This document shows positions 12,978 to 28,372 of a stretch of DNA of 64,000 nt, piece after piece. The stretch's first letter is position 1. Each line of letters opens with the position of its first letter. Both the position numbers and the translations under genes were made by a program. The stretch covers positions 558,001-622,000 of the forward strand of contig NIVC01000016.1 of NCBI GenBank assembly GCA_002269645.1, read 5' to 3'. The stretch comes from Macrostomum lignano. Lineage: Eukaryota. The notes beneath the pieces were generated by a model, which was given only the letters and a program-made list of their open reading frames with translations, did not search any database and had not been told where the DNA came from.

Positions 12978-14114
12978 GAAAACGAAGTGTTGGGGCAGCA
13001 GCTAGCACTCCAGGATCTCCATGGACGAGCAGAATGCGGCTTAGGCAGCCATCAAACATGAGCGCTCCCACAGCCCTGATCTCATTAGCCCCAATCAGCC
13101 GTCTCTCTGCGCGAAGATCAACAAATTAAAGAAATATAATTATCTTCTGCCTGCCCACAGCTGAAAGACCCGGAGAGTCTAAAAGCAGGAAACCCGTTCT
13201 TCCGTCTGTTTGGCCTCCTCGTCTGTCAGTTTTTAGGCTTAAATTGCCGACAACTATGCAGAAAATCAATAAAGCTATTTATAACCGGCCTGGCTATAAT
13301 AGCGCTATGCCAATACAATGGCACTCGGTAACCACTGAGGATGATAGAGCTGTGTGTGCACAATGTGTTTGTATGCGCAAACACTAAAACTGTGCATGCA
13401 GTGAGCTGTCAGAATTGACAGGGCGCTGACCCCTCAAACTGGTTGCCAAGGTTTAATGCAGGAAGCACAACTATTGGCAGACGTGACCAGGAATGTAAAT
13501 GTCTTATTTAGACATGTCAACCGCGTTTTTTTCTTCTCTTCTGCCTCTCTTTTAAGTCGGTTGCATCATCATCAACATCAGCTCGGCCAGCCTCCAGCGG
13601 TCTCGGGGGGGGGGATAGTTGAGATAGGATAAGCTTTTGCCACAGGACTGCTGGGACACGGGTTCAAGGGAAGAGTTCAGTCTCTGTGCAGGGAGGAGAC
13701 GCTGAAACATTAGCTGCTCAAATCGATGCCGTGACATCGATTAGCTGCGCGGGGAAGGCCCGGGGACCTGGATGATGCTGCGAAGGTGCTGGGTGAAAAA
13801 AACTAAGCCAAAGAAAGAGAAGAGTGAGAACAGAGTGCTTCCTTGGGGGGGGGGCTGCCTCCCGTTGCCAGCGGCTTTGAATGAGCGATAGGTGCATCCG
13901 GGAGGGCTGTGAGCCCGCGACAGGGAAATGTCTGACAGGTTAAAGCATGGGGATTTCTATTCATGCCTTTTTATCCCGATTGGAGTAACATGGCTCCCAT
14001 CGCAAGAGCTGCTGCTGGTTTGTTAGTAAGTTTCTGAGATGGAAACTTCACGAAAAGTTGGGATTAATAGCTGTGTAAAAAGCGAGATAGGATAAAGATT
14101 GAATGCGTGTAGAC

Positions 14115-14765
14115 AGACAGGGAGACAGGGAGAGAGGAGAGGTGGAGAGACAGGGAGAGAAGAGAAGGGAGGAGAGAGAAGGGAGAGGAGAAAAGGGAAG
14201 GGAGAGAAGGGAATTAAGGGAGAGAAGGGAGAGGAGAAAAGGGAGGGGAAAGAAGGGAGAGGAGAAAAGGGAGGGGAGAGAAGGGAGAGGAGAGAAGGGA
14301 GGGGAGAGAAGGGAGAGAAGGGAGGGGAGAGAAGGGAGGGGAGAGAAGGGAGAGAAGGGTGAGAAGGGAGGGGAGAGAAAAGAGAGGGCAGAAAAGGGAA
14401 GGGAGAGAAGGGATAGGAGAGAAGGGAGGGGAGAGAAGGGAGAGAAGGGAGAGGAGAGAAGGGAGAGAAGGGAGAGGAGAGAAGGGAGAGAAGGGAGAGG
14501 AGAGAAGGGAATTAAGGGAGAGAAGGGAGAGGAGAAAAGGGAGGGGAAAGAAGGGAGAGGAGAAAAGGGAGGGGAGAGAAGGGAGAGGAGAGAAGGGAGG
14601 GGAGAGAAGGGAGAGAAGGGAGGGGAGAGAAGGGAGGGGAGAGAAGGGAGAGAAGGGTGAGAAGGGAGGGGAGAGAAAAGAGAGGGCAGAAAAGGGAAGG
14701 GAGAGAAGGGATAGGAGAGAAGGGAGGGGAGAGAAGGGAGAGAAGGGAGGGGAGAGAAGGGAGAG
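14115..14765. repeat. Polypurine AG array with an internal duplication of about 298 bp
   Basis: Marker GAATTAAGGG at 14211 and 14509, with matching downstream sequence. Confidence 0.9.
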
Positions 14766-15395
14766 CAGCCAGCGTGAATCTGGCTGAGCAGCCGAGGCTC
14801 AGCTGAAAGTCCTCTTTGGGCTTAAGCAGTCCAATTGAGCAGAGAGGGCAGGTCGCTCAGCCGCTGCCCGAGCCGAGCTCATTCACTCACTTTACTCTCT
14901 CACAGCTCCCCTAGGGGAGAAGCAGTGGGCAGCAGAGAAATCCACCGCGGATATTGAGCAGGATTTTCGGGAGCACGGGATTCCAGTTGGGGGATTTGGG
15001 TTGGGTTGGGCGAGCCTTATGGGATGGAAGGCACTGAAAGATGAGGTGCAGCAGATTCTGAGCTTGGCGCTCGACTAACTCCATCGCAAGTTCGGAGCAG
15101 CAGCAGCAGTTCTGGCTCAGCTTCCTCTCAGGAAAAAAGGGCTCAAAGTGTGAGCACGCAGGGCTCGCTCTCTTCGGAATCACTCTGCCGTGAAGGCTGC
15201 GGATTTTCGCACGCGAGAGGAGATTTTTTCGCATCGAAAAGTTTTTGGGCCATTTTTTGGGAGAAAGATTTTGGAGCTCTCATCTTGAATGACCTTGCTG
15301 GCATTATGGGAATGGGCGTTTCGGAGCAATAGAGATTTCAATCTAGTGACAGTGCTAGTATGGCAGTGCCACGGGTAGATGGAGGGGAGTGATAG

Positions 15396-16024
15396 GAGTG
15401 ACAGAGTAGCGGAGTGACAGAGTAGCGGAGTGACAGAGTAGCGGAGTGACAGAGTAGCGGAGTGACAGAGTAGCGGAGTGACAGAGTAGCGGAGTGACAG
15501 AGTAGCGGAGTGACAGAGTAGCGGAGTGACAGAGTAGCGGAGTGACAGAGTAGCGGAGTGACAGAGTAGCGGAGTGACAGAGTAGCGGAGTGACAGAGTA
15601 GCGGAGTGACAGAGTAGCGGAGTGACAGAGTAGCGGAGTGACAGAGTAGCGGAGTGACAGAGTAGCGGAGTGACAGAGTAGCGGAGTGACAGAGTAGCGG
15701 AGTGACAGAGTAGCGGAGTGACAGAGTAGCGGAGTGACAGAGTAGCGGAGTGACAGAGTAGCGGAGTGACAGAGTAGCGGAGTGACAGAGTAGCGGAGTG
15801 ACAGAGTAGCGGAGTGACAGAGTAGCGGAGTGACAGAGTAGCGGAGTGACAGAGTAGCGGAGTGACAGAGTAGCGGAGTGACAGAGTAGCGGAGTGACAG
15901 AGTAGCGGAGTGACAGAGTAGCGGAGTGACAGAGTAGCGGAGTGACAGAGTAGCGGAGTGACAGAGTAGCGGAGTGACAGAGTAGCGGAGTGACAGAGTA
16001 GCGGAGTGACAGAGTAGAGTGACT
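15396..16024. repeat. 16-bp minisatellite GAGTAGCGGAGTGACA, nearly perfect
   Basis: About 39 copies. Confidence 0.97.
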
Positions 16025-17074
16025 GAATAGTACAATGGAGAGTGAAAGTGAAAGACTTCTGCAGTGACAGATCGAAAGAGTACTAACCAGGCCGCCTGTC
16101 ACGGAGCCTCCGCACCCCTTCGATCCCTAGCCCCCAGCCCCACCCCTCACCTGTCCCATTCTATTTACCGCCAGCCACTGGGCCATATTTTCAGGAAGCA
16201 GCCGACTTCCCGTCGACAGCAGCTCCCCGCCGTTCCCTCCTCCCATTCCTCATCTTGACAAGGCCCGGCCTTTCACTGAAGAGCATCGACTCTAAAGAGT
16301 CCGCCATGCGGGCACGATGAGGAGTGGGAGAGGGTGGGAGGGGAGACTGAGACTGAGTTGCTGGCACTCCTGACAGGTGCGCGATGATGGCAGGAGAGAG
16401 CGAAATGAAAGAGGAGAGAAGAGAAAAGTTGCAAGGATTTTGCAGCTTTGCGTTGAGCAGGCGGCTGGTGTGTAAAAAAGTGTCGGAATGAGGCGGCTGA
16501 GCTGACTCAGACCGAAACTGTTTTTGGATCTTTCAGCGGTCTGGCGCAGCAAGCGTTTCTACTAAAAGAAGAGAATGAGCAGAGAGAGAGGCAGAGAGGA
16601 GGGGAAGTTGAAGGGCGACGCGGTGTCTGCGAAGTCCTCAGAGGGAGAGAGCGCGGCTGTCTGGAGGCGACAGTTGGCAACAAGCCGAGGCAGGTGTGGC
16701 AAGGCCGGGGCTGTTAATTAAGACAAGAGGCGATGCAGAGAGAGGCAGAAACGGGGTCTTTTGAATCGCGATGCCTGTGGTTCTCTCACTCTTGCCTTTT
16801 GTATTGAATGCCTGTAGAATGCATTACATGTATTGGCTGGCAGCTCGCTAACTCAGCGCTTTCTGCGTGTCCCAACAGTGGGATAATGTTCTGAGAAAGT
16901 TGGACGGCCGGTAAACTTGCGTGACCACCGAGCGAGCCTCCGGTGAGGGGGGGGGGCGGTTGGTGGCGAGGGCAGGCGGGGGTCGGCATCCGCCTTTGGT
17001 GCTTGCCGCGTGGAGAATAAAAAACTGAAAATTATTCTGTAAGAACACCTCAGCATTTCAGTTGATTATAGGTA

Positions 17075-17832
17075 GGGTGGGGGAGTGAGAGTGGGAGGAG
17101 AGAGTTGATGGAGAGAGAAGTGGAAAGAGGGAGAGTAGGCAATAATAAATATTGGGGAGAGGGGGGTTGAGGGTTGAGAGAGAGCTGAGCTGAGACGGAG
17201 GAGAGGGGGTGAGAGGGGGTTGAGAGAGGGCTGAGACGGGGGAGAAGGGGGGAGAAGGGGTGAGAGGGGGTGAGAGAGGGTGAGAGGAGATGAGAGAGGG
17301 TGAGAGGGGGTGAGAGGGCGTGAGAGGTTGAGAGGGGGTGAGAGAGGGTGAGAGGGTGAGAGGGGTGAGAGAGGGTGAGAGGGTGAGACGGGGTGAGAGA
17401 GAATGAGAGAGGGTGAGAGATGAGTGAGAGGAGTGAGAGGGGGTGAGAGGGGGTGAGAGGGGGTGAGAGAGGGTGAGAGAGGGTGAGAGAGGGTGAGAGA
17501 GGGTGAGAGGGGGTGAGAGGGGGTGATAGAGGGTGAGAGAGAGGGTGAGAGAGAGAGAGGGGTGAGAGGGGGTGAGAGGGGGTGATAGAGGGTGAGAGAG
17601 GGTGAGAGGGGGTGAGAGGGGGTGAGAGGGGGTGATAGAGGGTGAGAGAGGGTGAGAGGGGGTGAGAGGGGGTGATAGAGGGTGAGAGAGGGTGAGAGAG
17701 GGTGAGAGAGGGTGAGAGGGGGTGAGAGGGGGTGATAGAGGGTGAGAGAGGGTGAGAGGGGGTGAGAGGGGGTGATAGAGGGTGAGAGAGGGTGAGAGGG
17801 GGTGAGAGGGGGTGAGAGGGGGTGATAGAGGT
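17075..17832. repeat. 10-bp minisatellite GAGAGGGGGT / GAGAGAGGGT / GATAGAGGGT
   Basis: Direct reading. Confidence 0.93.
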
Positions 17833-18430
17833 TCAAAGGAGAATCGCAGGAGAGCTCTACTGCATGCCGGTTTGCTCAAGGGAAAAAGATCGGCACAGGC
17901 CCCAGAATAAGATTCCACTTGCTGACAAAGGTTCCTCGCTGTAGCCAAACTTTTTTCTCGCCGACATTGTTCCAATCCGATGTGCACGTGTGCTCACTTT
18001 TGTGCTCATCTTCTACGCCTGCCTTTGCTCAGATAGGGACACGGAAGAATCGTTAATGAGCTGCCAGGGGGCGCCCCAACTCTCCTCCATCACCTCTGCT
18101 CATACGCAGTTTTTTTGCATCGCCCCGGCTTCACAGGCCCGCAATCGATGGACTGACTGATTAGGGATGGGGAAGGGGGCGGGCGGCGGCGTCTTCACGC
18201 GATTGGAATCAACACAGCAACTTGCTGAGTCATTGGCCGCACTGCACTGCTGCTATGCATTTTAGATATTCAGACTTGCGTGTGACAAATTGGGCTTGCA
18301 CTGTCAGAATTCAATGCATTTGTTTTGGCCTGTGTGATTTTATAACAAATATTTCTTTAGAATTTTCACTGTTCAAAACTATTTTGTAAATGTGAGGAAC
18401 TATTAAATAGCCGACTATTTCAATGCTATC

Positions 18431-18856
18431 CTAGATCTGCTTTAACGCCCTCTAGATCTACTTTCGCGCCCTCTAGATCTACTTTCGCGCCCTCTAGATC
18501 TACTTTCGCGCCCTCTAGATCTACTTTCGCGCCCTCTAGATCTACTTTCTCGCACTCTAGATCTACTTCCTCGCACTCTAGATCTACTTTCTCACACTCT
18601 AGATCTACTTTCTCACACTCTAGATCTACTTCCTCGCACTCTAGATCTACTTCCTTGCACTCTAGATCGAATTTGACGCACTTTAGATCTACTTCCTCGC
18701 ACTCTAGATCTACTTTCACGCACTCTAGATCTACTTTCTCACACTCTAGATCTACTTTCTCACACTCTAGATCTACTTTCACGCACTCTAGATCTACTTT
18801 CTCACACTCTAGATCTACTTTTTCGCACTCTAGATCGAATTTAGTGCACTCTATAT
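18431..18856. repeat. 21-bp minisatellite CTCTAGATCTACTTT(N)6
   Basis: About 20 copies with an overlapping TCTAGA/AGATCT palindromic core. Confidence 0.93.
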
Positions 18857-19594
18857 CTAATTTTCCCCAGAAATTCACCAGATCTATTTAGCATCTCTGG
18901 GAAAACTCAAAGCAAAAAAAACGATTCAAAAAAGGAATGTCATCACAGACTCTCGCACAGCATCTGGGACTGGTCTTTGTATAAGAAAATTGTACCTAGC
19001 AGCATACAGATGAGTGCCCTGCACTGTTTGCTGTGGACCAGGCAGGAGAGGAGAGCAGATGAGAGGACCCGGGAGGTGCCCAGTGTCGAGTCCTCGACCC
19101 CCAAGACTTAACAGCAGTCGGGTCTGCTGTGTGTTCGCCTTGACAGCAGCGCACGGTTACGTCAAAATCCCTTTCGACCCCCCGATGGACCTCTCTTGTC
19201 TGGCCCAGAAATATCCACACACACCCTCCCCATCTCTTCAAGGTTTTTTCTCTCCATCAAGTCACAGAAGGCTCTGTTTTTTGCTGTAGTAGCCATGAGA
19301 GTATGAATAGCGGTCTGGGCTGTGACTGCTGTTGGGGGGGGGGGGCTCAAGGGTATTTGCTGTGCCGCGGAGGGCCGCAGGGGTGTAGCCACATTTATTA
19401 GCCAAGCGAGATTGAATTGGTAAACTGGGGCCGCCCCGCCGTTGGCCATTGCTGCTTCTGTATTTCCTGCCTGTGCCAACTCTCTGCTCAAGAGTTGCTT
19501 TCGTTGACTTTGAGCAAATACGAGTGTACAAATTGCTTGTATGGAGAGAAAGTAGAAAGTGTTCCAGCTGCTGCTGCCTCACTCTCTGCTTTTA

Positions 19595-20545
19595 TCTCCT
19601 ATCTATCTCCTATCTCCTATCTCCTATCTATCTCCTATCTATCTCCTATCTATCTCCTATCTCCTATCTATCTCCTATCTCCTATCTATCTCCTATCTCC
19701 TATCTATCTCCTATCTATCTCCTATCTATCTCCTATCTCCTATCTATCTCCTATCTATCTCCTATCTCCTATCTATCTCCTATCTCCTATCTATCTCCTT
19801 AGCGCGCTCTAGATCTACTTTCTCACACTCTAGATCGAATTTGGCGCAATCTAGATCTACTTTCGCGCCCTCTAGATCTGTTTTCTCGCACTCTAGATCT
19901 ACTTTAGCTGTCTCTAGATCTAGTTTAGCGCCTTCTATATGATCGACTTCATCTATCTCCTATCTATCGCCTATCTCCTATCTCCTATCACCTATCTATC
20001 TCCTATCTCCTATCTCCTATCTATCTCTTATCTCCTATCCATCTTCTATGTATCTCCCATCTATCTAACATCTATCTCCAATATATCTCCTATCTATTTC
20101 AAATCTATCACCTATCTATCTCCTATCTATCACCTATCTATCTCCTATCTATAACCTATCTATCTCCTATCTATCACCTATCTATCTCCTATCTATCACC
20201 TATCTATCTCCTATCTATCACCTATCTATCACCTATCTATCACCTATCTATCACCTATCTATCTCCTATCTATCACCTATCTATCTCCTATCTATCACCT
20301 ATCTATCTCCTATCTATCACCTATCTATCACCTATCTATCACCTATCTATCACCTATCTATCTCCTATCTATCACCTATCTATCACCTATCTATCACCTA
20401 TCTATCTCCTATCTATCTCCTATCTATCACCTATCTATCTCCTATCTATCTCCTATCTATCTCCTATCTATCACCTATCTATCACCTATCTATCACCTAT
20501 CTATCTCCTATCTATCACCTATCTATCACCTATCTATCTCCTATC
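19595..20545. repeat. TATC / TATCTCC / TATCACC simple repeat containing about 6 copies of the 21-bp unit at 19805-19935
   Basis: Direct reading. Confidence 0.9.
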
Positions 20546-21547
20546 TCCCATTCATCCATTATCTACCTGTCTCTTGTCTATCTTTTAAGTCTATCCACAT
20601 TCCCCTCAAAGCCTTAAAATGCTGCATTAACTGCCTAAAGTCCATATGCCTTCGCAATTCTGATGTTCAACTTCTAAAATTTTGAACAATATTTTAGTAG
20701 GATTTCCTTACCAGAGAAGCTGACAAACTTCATCGCGATGTTGTCAAGTTGACTGTGGATTGGACTTCGATGATGCTTAGGAAGTTTTGAATGCTTTTTA
20801 CTGTTATGTTTATATTTTTTTAAATTGCAGATAGCTTTCTTCAGACAGCCATTCGAGCAGGAAGGTGAAGTCTCTGATTAGCAAGGATGCTTTCAGTGAA
20901 ATATTTTCCCTTAGTGGTTCTTCTCCGCTAAACTGTCTCTCGGGATAAGCAAACTTGAAAGCTTGGAGGGGTCGGTGGTCCCTTCTAAAACGGATGACCA
21001 AGCCAATCCTGGGCTTCGGCAATTAGCTCACACTGCAGCCAGCCAATGAGAGGCCGAGGCGAGACCAAGTGGACAGAAAAACGACCACAGACAGGGGAAT
21101 TCCGCTCTGGTTGGCTTTGGGGGAATCTCCAATCTATTTTTAGACTCGCTATAGAATATCATTGAGGCATTATAGCAAAGTAGACTGACTGACTCCCGGT
21201 TGCATCATCACAAGCGTGCAATAACTCGATGCTATACAAATCGCTGCAAACACGATATAAACACGGCTGGGCCTTCACTGTGTTTGACGCGACAGAATTT
21301 TAACTTCACTGTCTGTAGCTCACAAGCCCGTATCATGTATCACTTCCTGCCTATTCCAGGCATAGAAAAATGCCACTGCCCTGTCACAGCGCCCACAAGC
21401 ACAGGGCGAAATAAGTCTCTGCGACCGCGTCCGCCAATTTTCCCGTCAATTTTTTAGGGAGTTGAAAGGCGAAATTGCGTTGGTACGAGACTGGGCAAAC
21501 ATTGTGAAATCGGGATGGTTTCAAGAAGATGGTCCGTTTGCTCTGGC

Positions 21548-22728
<1,181 letters not shown>

Positions 22729-23357
22729 ACACACCATGACACTAAGATGCATAATAGGACACAAACCAAGACACTATGACAGGCACTAAAACAGACACTA
22801 AGACACATGTACAGACACTAATACAGGTATAAACTAACACTGAGACACCAAGACAGCAGAAAAAGTCTATACGTTCAAAGTTGTAAATCACGCAGCGTTT
22901 AATATTCGGTAAGAAAAATATGCGCATAAAAGTTTTGCATCCTTATTCCCAGCTTCACCAGCTGACTGACAGAACCGGGCCTGAGATGCAGCTCGTTTTA
23001 AGACCCGGTGACTCAGAGGCATCCCCTTCCCCCCCCCCCGAAGTCGGTTGCCCACTTGCTCACGCGCGAGTCAGTTTGCGAGCCATTAAACCGCTATGGC
23101 TTGGCTATAAACTATTGAAATGGGCTGCCACTTGAGCCTGGCTCCATTGGAAACCTTGCTGTTGGAGGTCTCTAGATTGGGAAACTGTTTGCAGACAAAT
23201 ATATGCAGATTGGGGAGTGGCAATTTCATATCTGAGGAATCTGTGCACTGGCTGAATTGAGCTCAAATATCCGGCCTGCCAAGCTTATCAGTGCAACTGT
23301 GCTCAGCTGCTCCCTGTAGCATAGTGCCACTTGTGCGCTGCTGGGTATATAGATTGT

Positions 23358-23975
<618 letters not shown>

Positions 23976-25095
23976 GTGCAGCATGCAGAGTCCAATATCT
24001 CGGCAGCAGAGGTGCAATCTGTCCTCAGGAGTTCCCTCAAACAGTCCTTTTTTACAGCCCCTGCTGTCCCGAGACGCTCCGGGCAGAGCTGGGGGGGGGG
24101 ACATCGCACGGGAGTCCCAGCCGTCTGCATATTTGCACAGCGCCAGCCCGGCAGATTGCCATCGAATCCTGTGGTCGCTGCGGGAGTGCAGCTGAGACTG
24201 ATAGCGCAGTTTGCAGGCCAACTGATGGCGCGCCCTTGATTTTTTCGCGTGGAGAAATTTAAGCTTTTTGCGGCTTTGAAAGGTGCGGCGTCACGAAGTT
24301 GATGCAGCGTCAGCCATGCCTGGGGGGCTCTTGATGCCAATAAACAAAAACTTCGATATCCGTAAACTCAAAGTTTAATATAATCATAACCATAAATATC
24401 AATACCCAAAAACGCAATATTTAATGGTCATACGAACTAAAGTCAATGATTAATACCCATAAACCAAAACTTTTACACCAATAAATATGAAATTCGGCAC
24501 CCATAAACACAAACATTGTTAACATTCGCACAAAATATAATATCAATGAACACATATTAAGGCAATCATAAATACACACTTTACCCCCCACAATGCATCA
24601 GTTTTAACCCCAATTAGCAAGAATGGGTCCAGAAGATTTCCCCTGTAAACCATTTAATCCCGCGCACTGATTCGGCACCACCGGCAGCAGCAGCCAGGGC
24701 AGACAGATAATCCCTCTCGCTAATCCCCGCCCAACTCGGCCACTTAGTTCCTGCACTGCTGCCACTGACGCGATTTTGGAATGAAAAATTGAGAAGAATT
24801 AAGAAGAAGCATCTTGAGCTCAGCAGCCAAGAGGCTTCCTGCCGAGGGATTTTCTGCAGAGGGACGCTGCGGTTGCCCACCTCGACAGGGGCTCAGGGCC
24901 ACGCCATCATTGCCCAGACTCTCTGCCTCTCTTCAGTTCAAGACGTCTCACTGTTACATCACTTGCCCGGCCATCGCACACCCTCCGCCCACTTCACAGC
25001 CCGCTTCCTGACTGCCGGGCCTGAGCTGACCGCTGCTTCTGGGAAAGACATGGGGGGCTGCTGAGGGAGGGGCAGTGAGAGTGACTGCTGGCTGC

Positions 25096-25440
<345 letters not shown>

Positions 25441-26009
25441 CAACAAAAAACAACTCCTCTATTTTACCCCCCACAGTTTGGAGGCCCAACACACCAACTA
25501 CCACAAGTGAAACGACACGGGTTACCCATTGTGCCACATTCTAATTGTGTAGGCCGGCACAGTGGGGCCCCGGACACCAGCAAGCCCTCCAAGTGCCGGC
25601 GGAGCTGTTTGCTTCGGCCAAGGTCTCTATTCTCAGTAGCTGAGGCCGAGCACCCCCGAGGCGCTAATTTAGTCTAGCAGTTGTTGTCATGGCGGGGCGC
25701 CTCGAAGCCAGAAGGCCGCTCCCCATTGTCCCGTGCCGTGAGAACGCCGAACGGGGCGTCCGCCGTCTTGCTTTTGTTTGACAAAGCGGCGAACAAAGTC
25801 TTGCTTGCCAAAGAGTTTTTTCTTTTTCAAAAGAGTCGCATATGGCGGGCTGTGGTAGACAGTTGAGCTCTGCAAGCCAAGCATGTAATTTCATTAATTT
25901 CATAGTTGGGCCATAAGGAACCGGGCCATTAGGCCATTTAGTGGGCCAACGATTTAAATTTGACTGCAGATGTATTGTGGCTTGCGGGTGGATGGTCGCA
26001 ACTGCAAAT

Positions 26010-27260
26010 AGGAGAGAGGATTAATAGAAGGGCAGAGAAGAGGGGAGAGGAAGGTGGGAGGAGGGGGAGTGGAGGGGAAGAGGAGGGGGAGAGCAACGTG
26101 AGAGGAGGGGGAGAGCAACGTGGGAGGAGGGAAGAGGAGGGGAAGAGGAGGGGGAGAGCAACGTGGGAGGAGGGGAGAGGAGGGGAAGAGGAGGGGGAGA
26201 GCAACGTGGGAGGAGGGGAGAGGAGGGGAAGAGGAAGGTGAGAGGAGGGGGAGAGTAGGAGGAGAGGAGTGGGAGAGTAGGAGGAGAGGAGGGGGAGAGG
26301 AAGGTGAGAGGAGGGGGAGAGGAGGGGAAGAGGAGGGGGAGAGGAGAAGGAGAGGAGGGGGAGAGGAGAAGGAGAGGAGGGGGAGAGGAGGGGGAGAGGA
26401 GGGGAGAAGAGGGGGAGAGGAAGGTGAGAGGAGGGGGAGAGGAGGGGAAGAGGAGGGGGGAGGAAGGTGAGAGGAGGGGGAGAGGAGGAGGAGAGGAAGG
26501 TGAGAGGAGGGGAGAGGAGGGGAGAGTAGGAGGAGAGGAGGGGGTGAGGAAGGTGAGAGGAGGGGAGAGGAGGGGGAGAGGAAGGTGAGAGGAGGGGGAG
26601 AGGAGGGGAAGAGGAGGGGGAGAGGAAGGTGAGAGGAGGGGGAGAGGAGAAGGAGAGGAGGGGAAGAGGAGGGGGAGAGGAAGGTGAGAGGAGGGGGAGA
26701 GGAGGGGGAGAGGAGGGGAAGAGGAGGGGGAGAGGAAGGTGAGAGGAGGGGGAGAGGAGAAGGAGAGGAGGGGAAGAGGAGGGGGAGAGGAAGGTGAGAG
26801 GAGGGGGAGAGGAGGGGAAGAGGAGGGGGGAGGAAGGTGAGAGGAGGGGGAGAGGAGGAGGAGAGGAAGGTGAGAGGAGGGGAGAGGAGGGGAGAGTAGG
26901 AGGAGAGGAGGGGGTGAGGAAGGTGAGAGGAGGGGAGAGGAGGGGGAGAGGAAGGTGAGAGGAGGGGGAGAGGAGGGGGAGAGGAGAAGGAGAGGAGGGG
27001 GAGAGGAAGGTGAGAGGAGGGGGAGAGGAGGGGGAGAGGAAGGTGAGAGGAGGGGAGAGGAGGGGGAGAGTAGGAGGAGAGGAGGGTGAGGAAGGTGAGA
27101 GGAGGGGAGAGGAGGGGGAGAGGAAGGTGAGAGGAGGGGAGAGGAGGGGGAGAGTAGGAGGAGAGGAGGGTGAGGAAGGTGAGAGGAGGGGGAGAGGAGG
27201 AGGAGAGGAGGGGGAGAGGAAGGTGAGAGAGAGGGTGAGAGGAAGTGGAAGAAAAGGGAG
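26010..27260. repeat. GA-rich polypurine array (GAGGAGGGGGA / GAGGAAGGTGA units)
   Basis: Direct reading. Confidence 0.93.
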
Positions 27261-27826
27261 ATAAGAGGAACTGGGTGAGAGACGAGGATGAGAGGGGAGT
27301 GAAAACAATAGAGATCTTAAGGATTAAAAATCTGGTCCCAAAAAAGAGGAGAATGTCGAGTGAGCGGACAAATTGGAGCAATACTCAAAGTTGTGCGCAA
27401 TCTGAATTAGTTAGTACAAAGAAGGTCAAACCAATAAAAAAAGCGACTGCGTCAAGCAGCATCGAAAGCAGTAAGACCCCAATCAGAATTATTGTTGTAG
27501 GTATGAAAAAGCGTTGTAGGATAAGAATGCAGAACAGATGGGATATTTGGACAACAGGATCCCAGCTGCAGGACAAGCTGGTTTTTGAAAGAAAAAAGTT
27601 CTGAAATGACTGGCACTGCTGCCGTGAATTCCAACGACCCTTCGACCCGACCTTTTTGCAACAAAGAAGCCACGGGATCCCTTCATTTTGTCACAGTGCT
27701 GAGCCAAGGACGCCTAAAACCAGAACCTGGATTGCGAAACTTCAAAATAGAAAATAAATCTTCACAGGATGGCTGTGGGCAACCTGAGTACAGTAACAAC
27801 CAACGGTGACACTGGCACTGTACAGT

Positions 27827-28372
27827 GACACTGAGACAGACACTAAGACAGACACTGAGACAGACACTGAGACAGACACTGAGACAGACACTAAGACAGA
27901 CACAGAGACAGACACTAAGACAGACACTAAGACAGACACTAAGACAGACACTGAGACAGACACTAAGACAGACACTGAGACAGACACTGAGACAGACACT
28001 GAAACAGACACTGAGACAGACACTGAGACAGACACTGGGACAGACACTGAGACAGACACTAAGACAGACACTGAGACAGACACTGAGACAGACACTGAAA
28101 CAGACACTGAGACAGACACTGAGACAGACACTGGGACAGACACTGAGACAGACACTAAGACAGACACTGAGACAGACACTGAGACAGACACTGAGACAGA
28201 CACTGAGACAGACAATAAGACAGACAATAAGACAGACACTGAGACAGACACTAAGACAGACAATAAGACAGACACTGAGACAGACAATAAGACAGACAGA
28301 CACTAAGACAGACTCTAGGACAGACACTAAGACAGACACTAAGACAGACACTGAGACAGATACTAACACAGA
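27827..28372. repeat. 12-bp minisatellite GACAGACACT(G/A)A
   Basis: Direct reading. Confidence 0.95.

Noticed and set aside
14900-15240. Protein-like open frames on both strands (e.g. ...WKALKDEVQQILSLALD*)
   Set aside because: The strand is ambiguous, there is no recognisable domain and splice support is weak.
24939-25064. Strong acceptor followed by LHHLPGH...FLTAGPELTAASGKD, WD40-like
   Set aside because: Spacing is off, there is no terminal W, and the frame ends in a stop without a donor.
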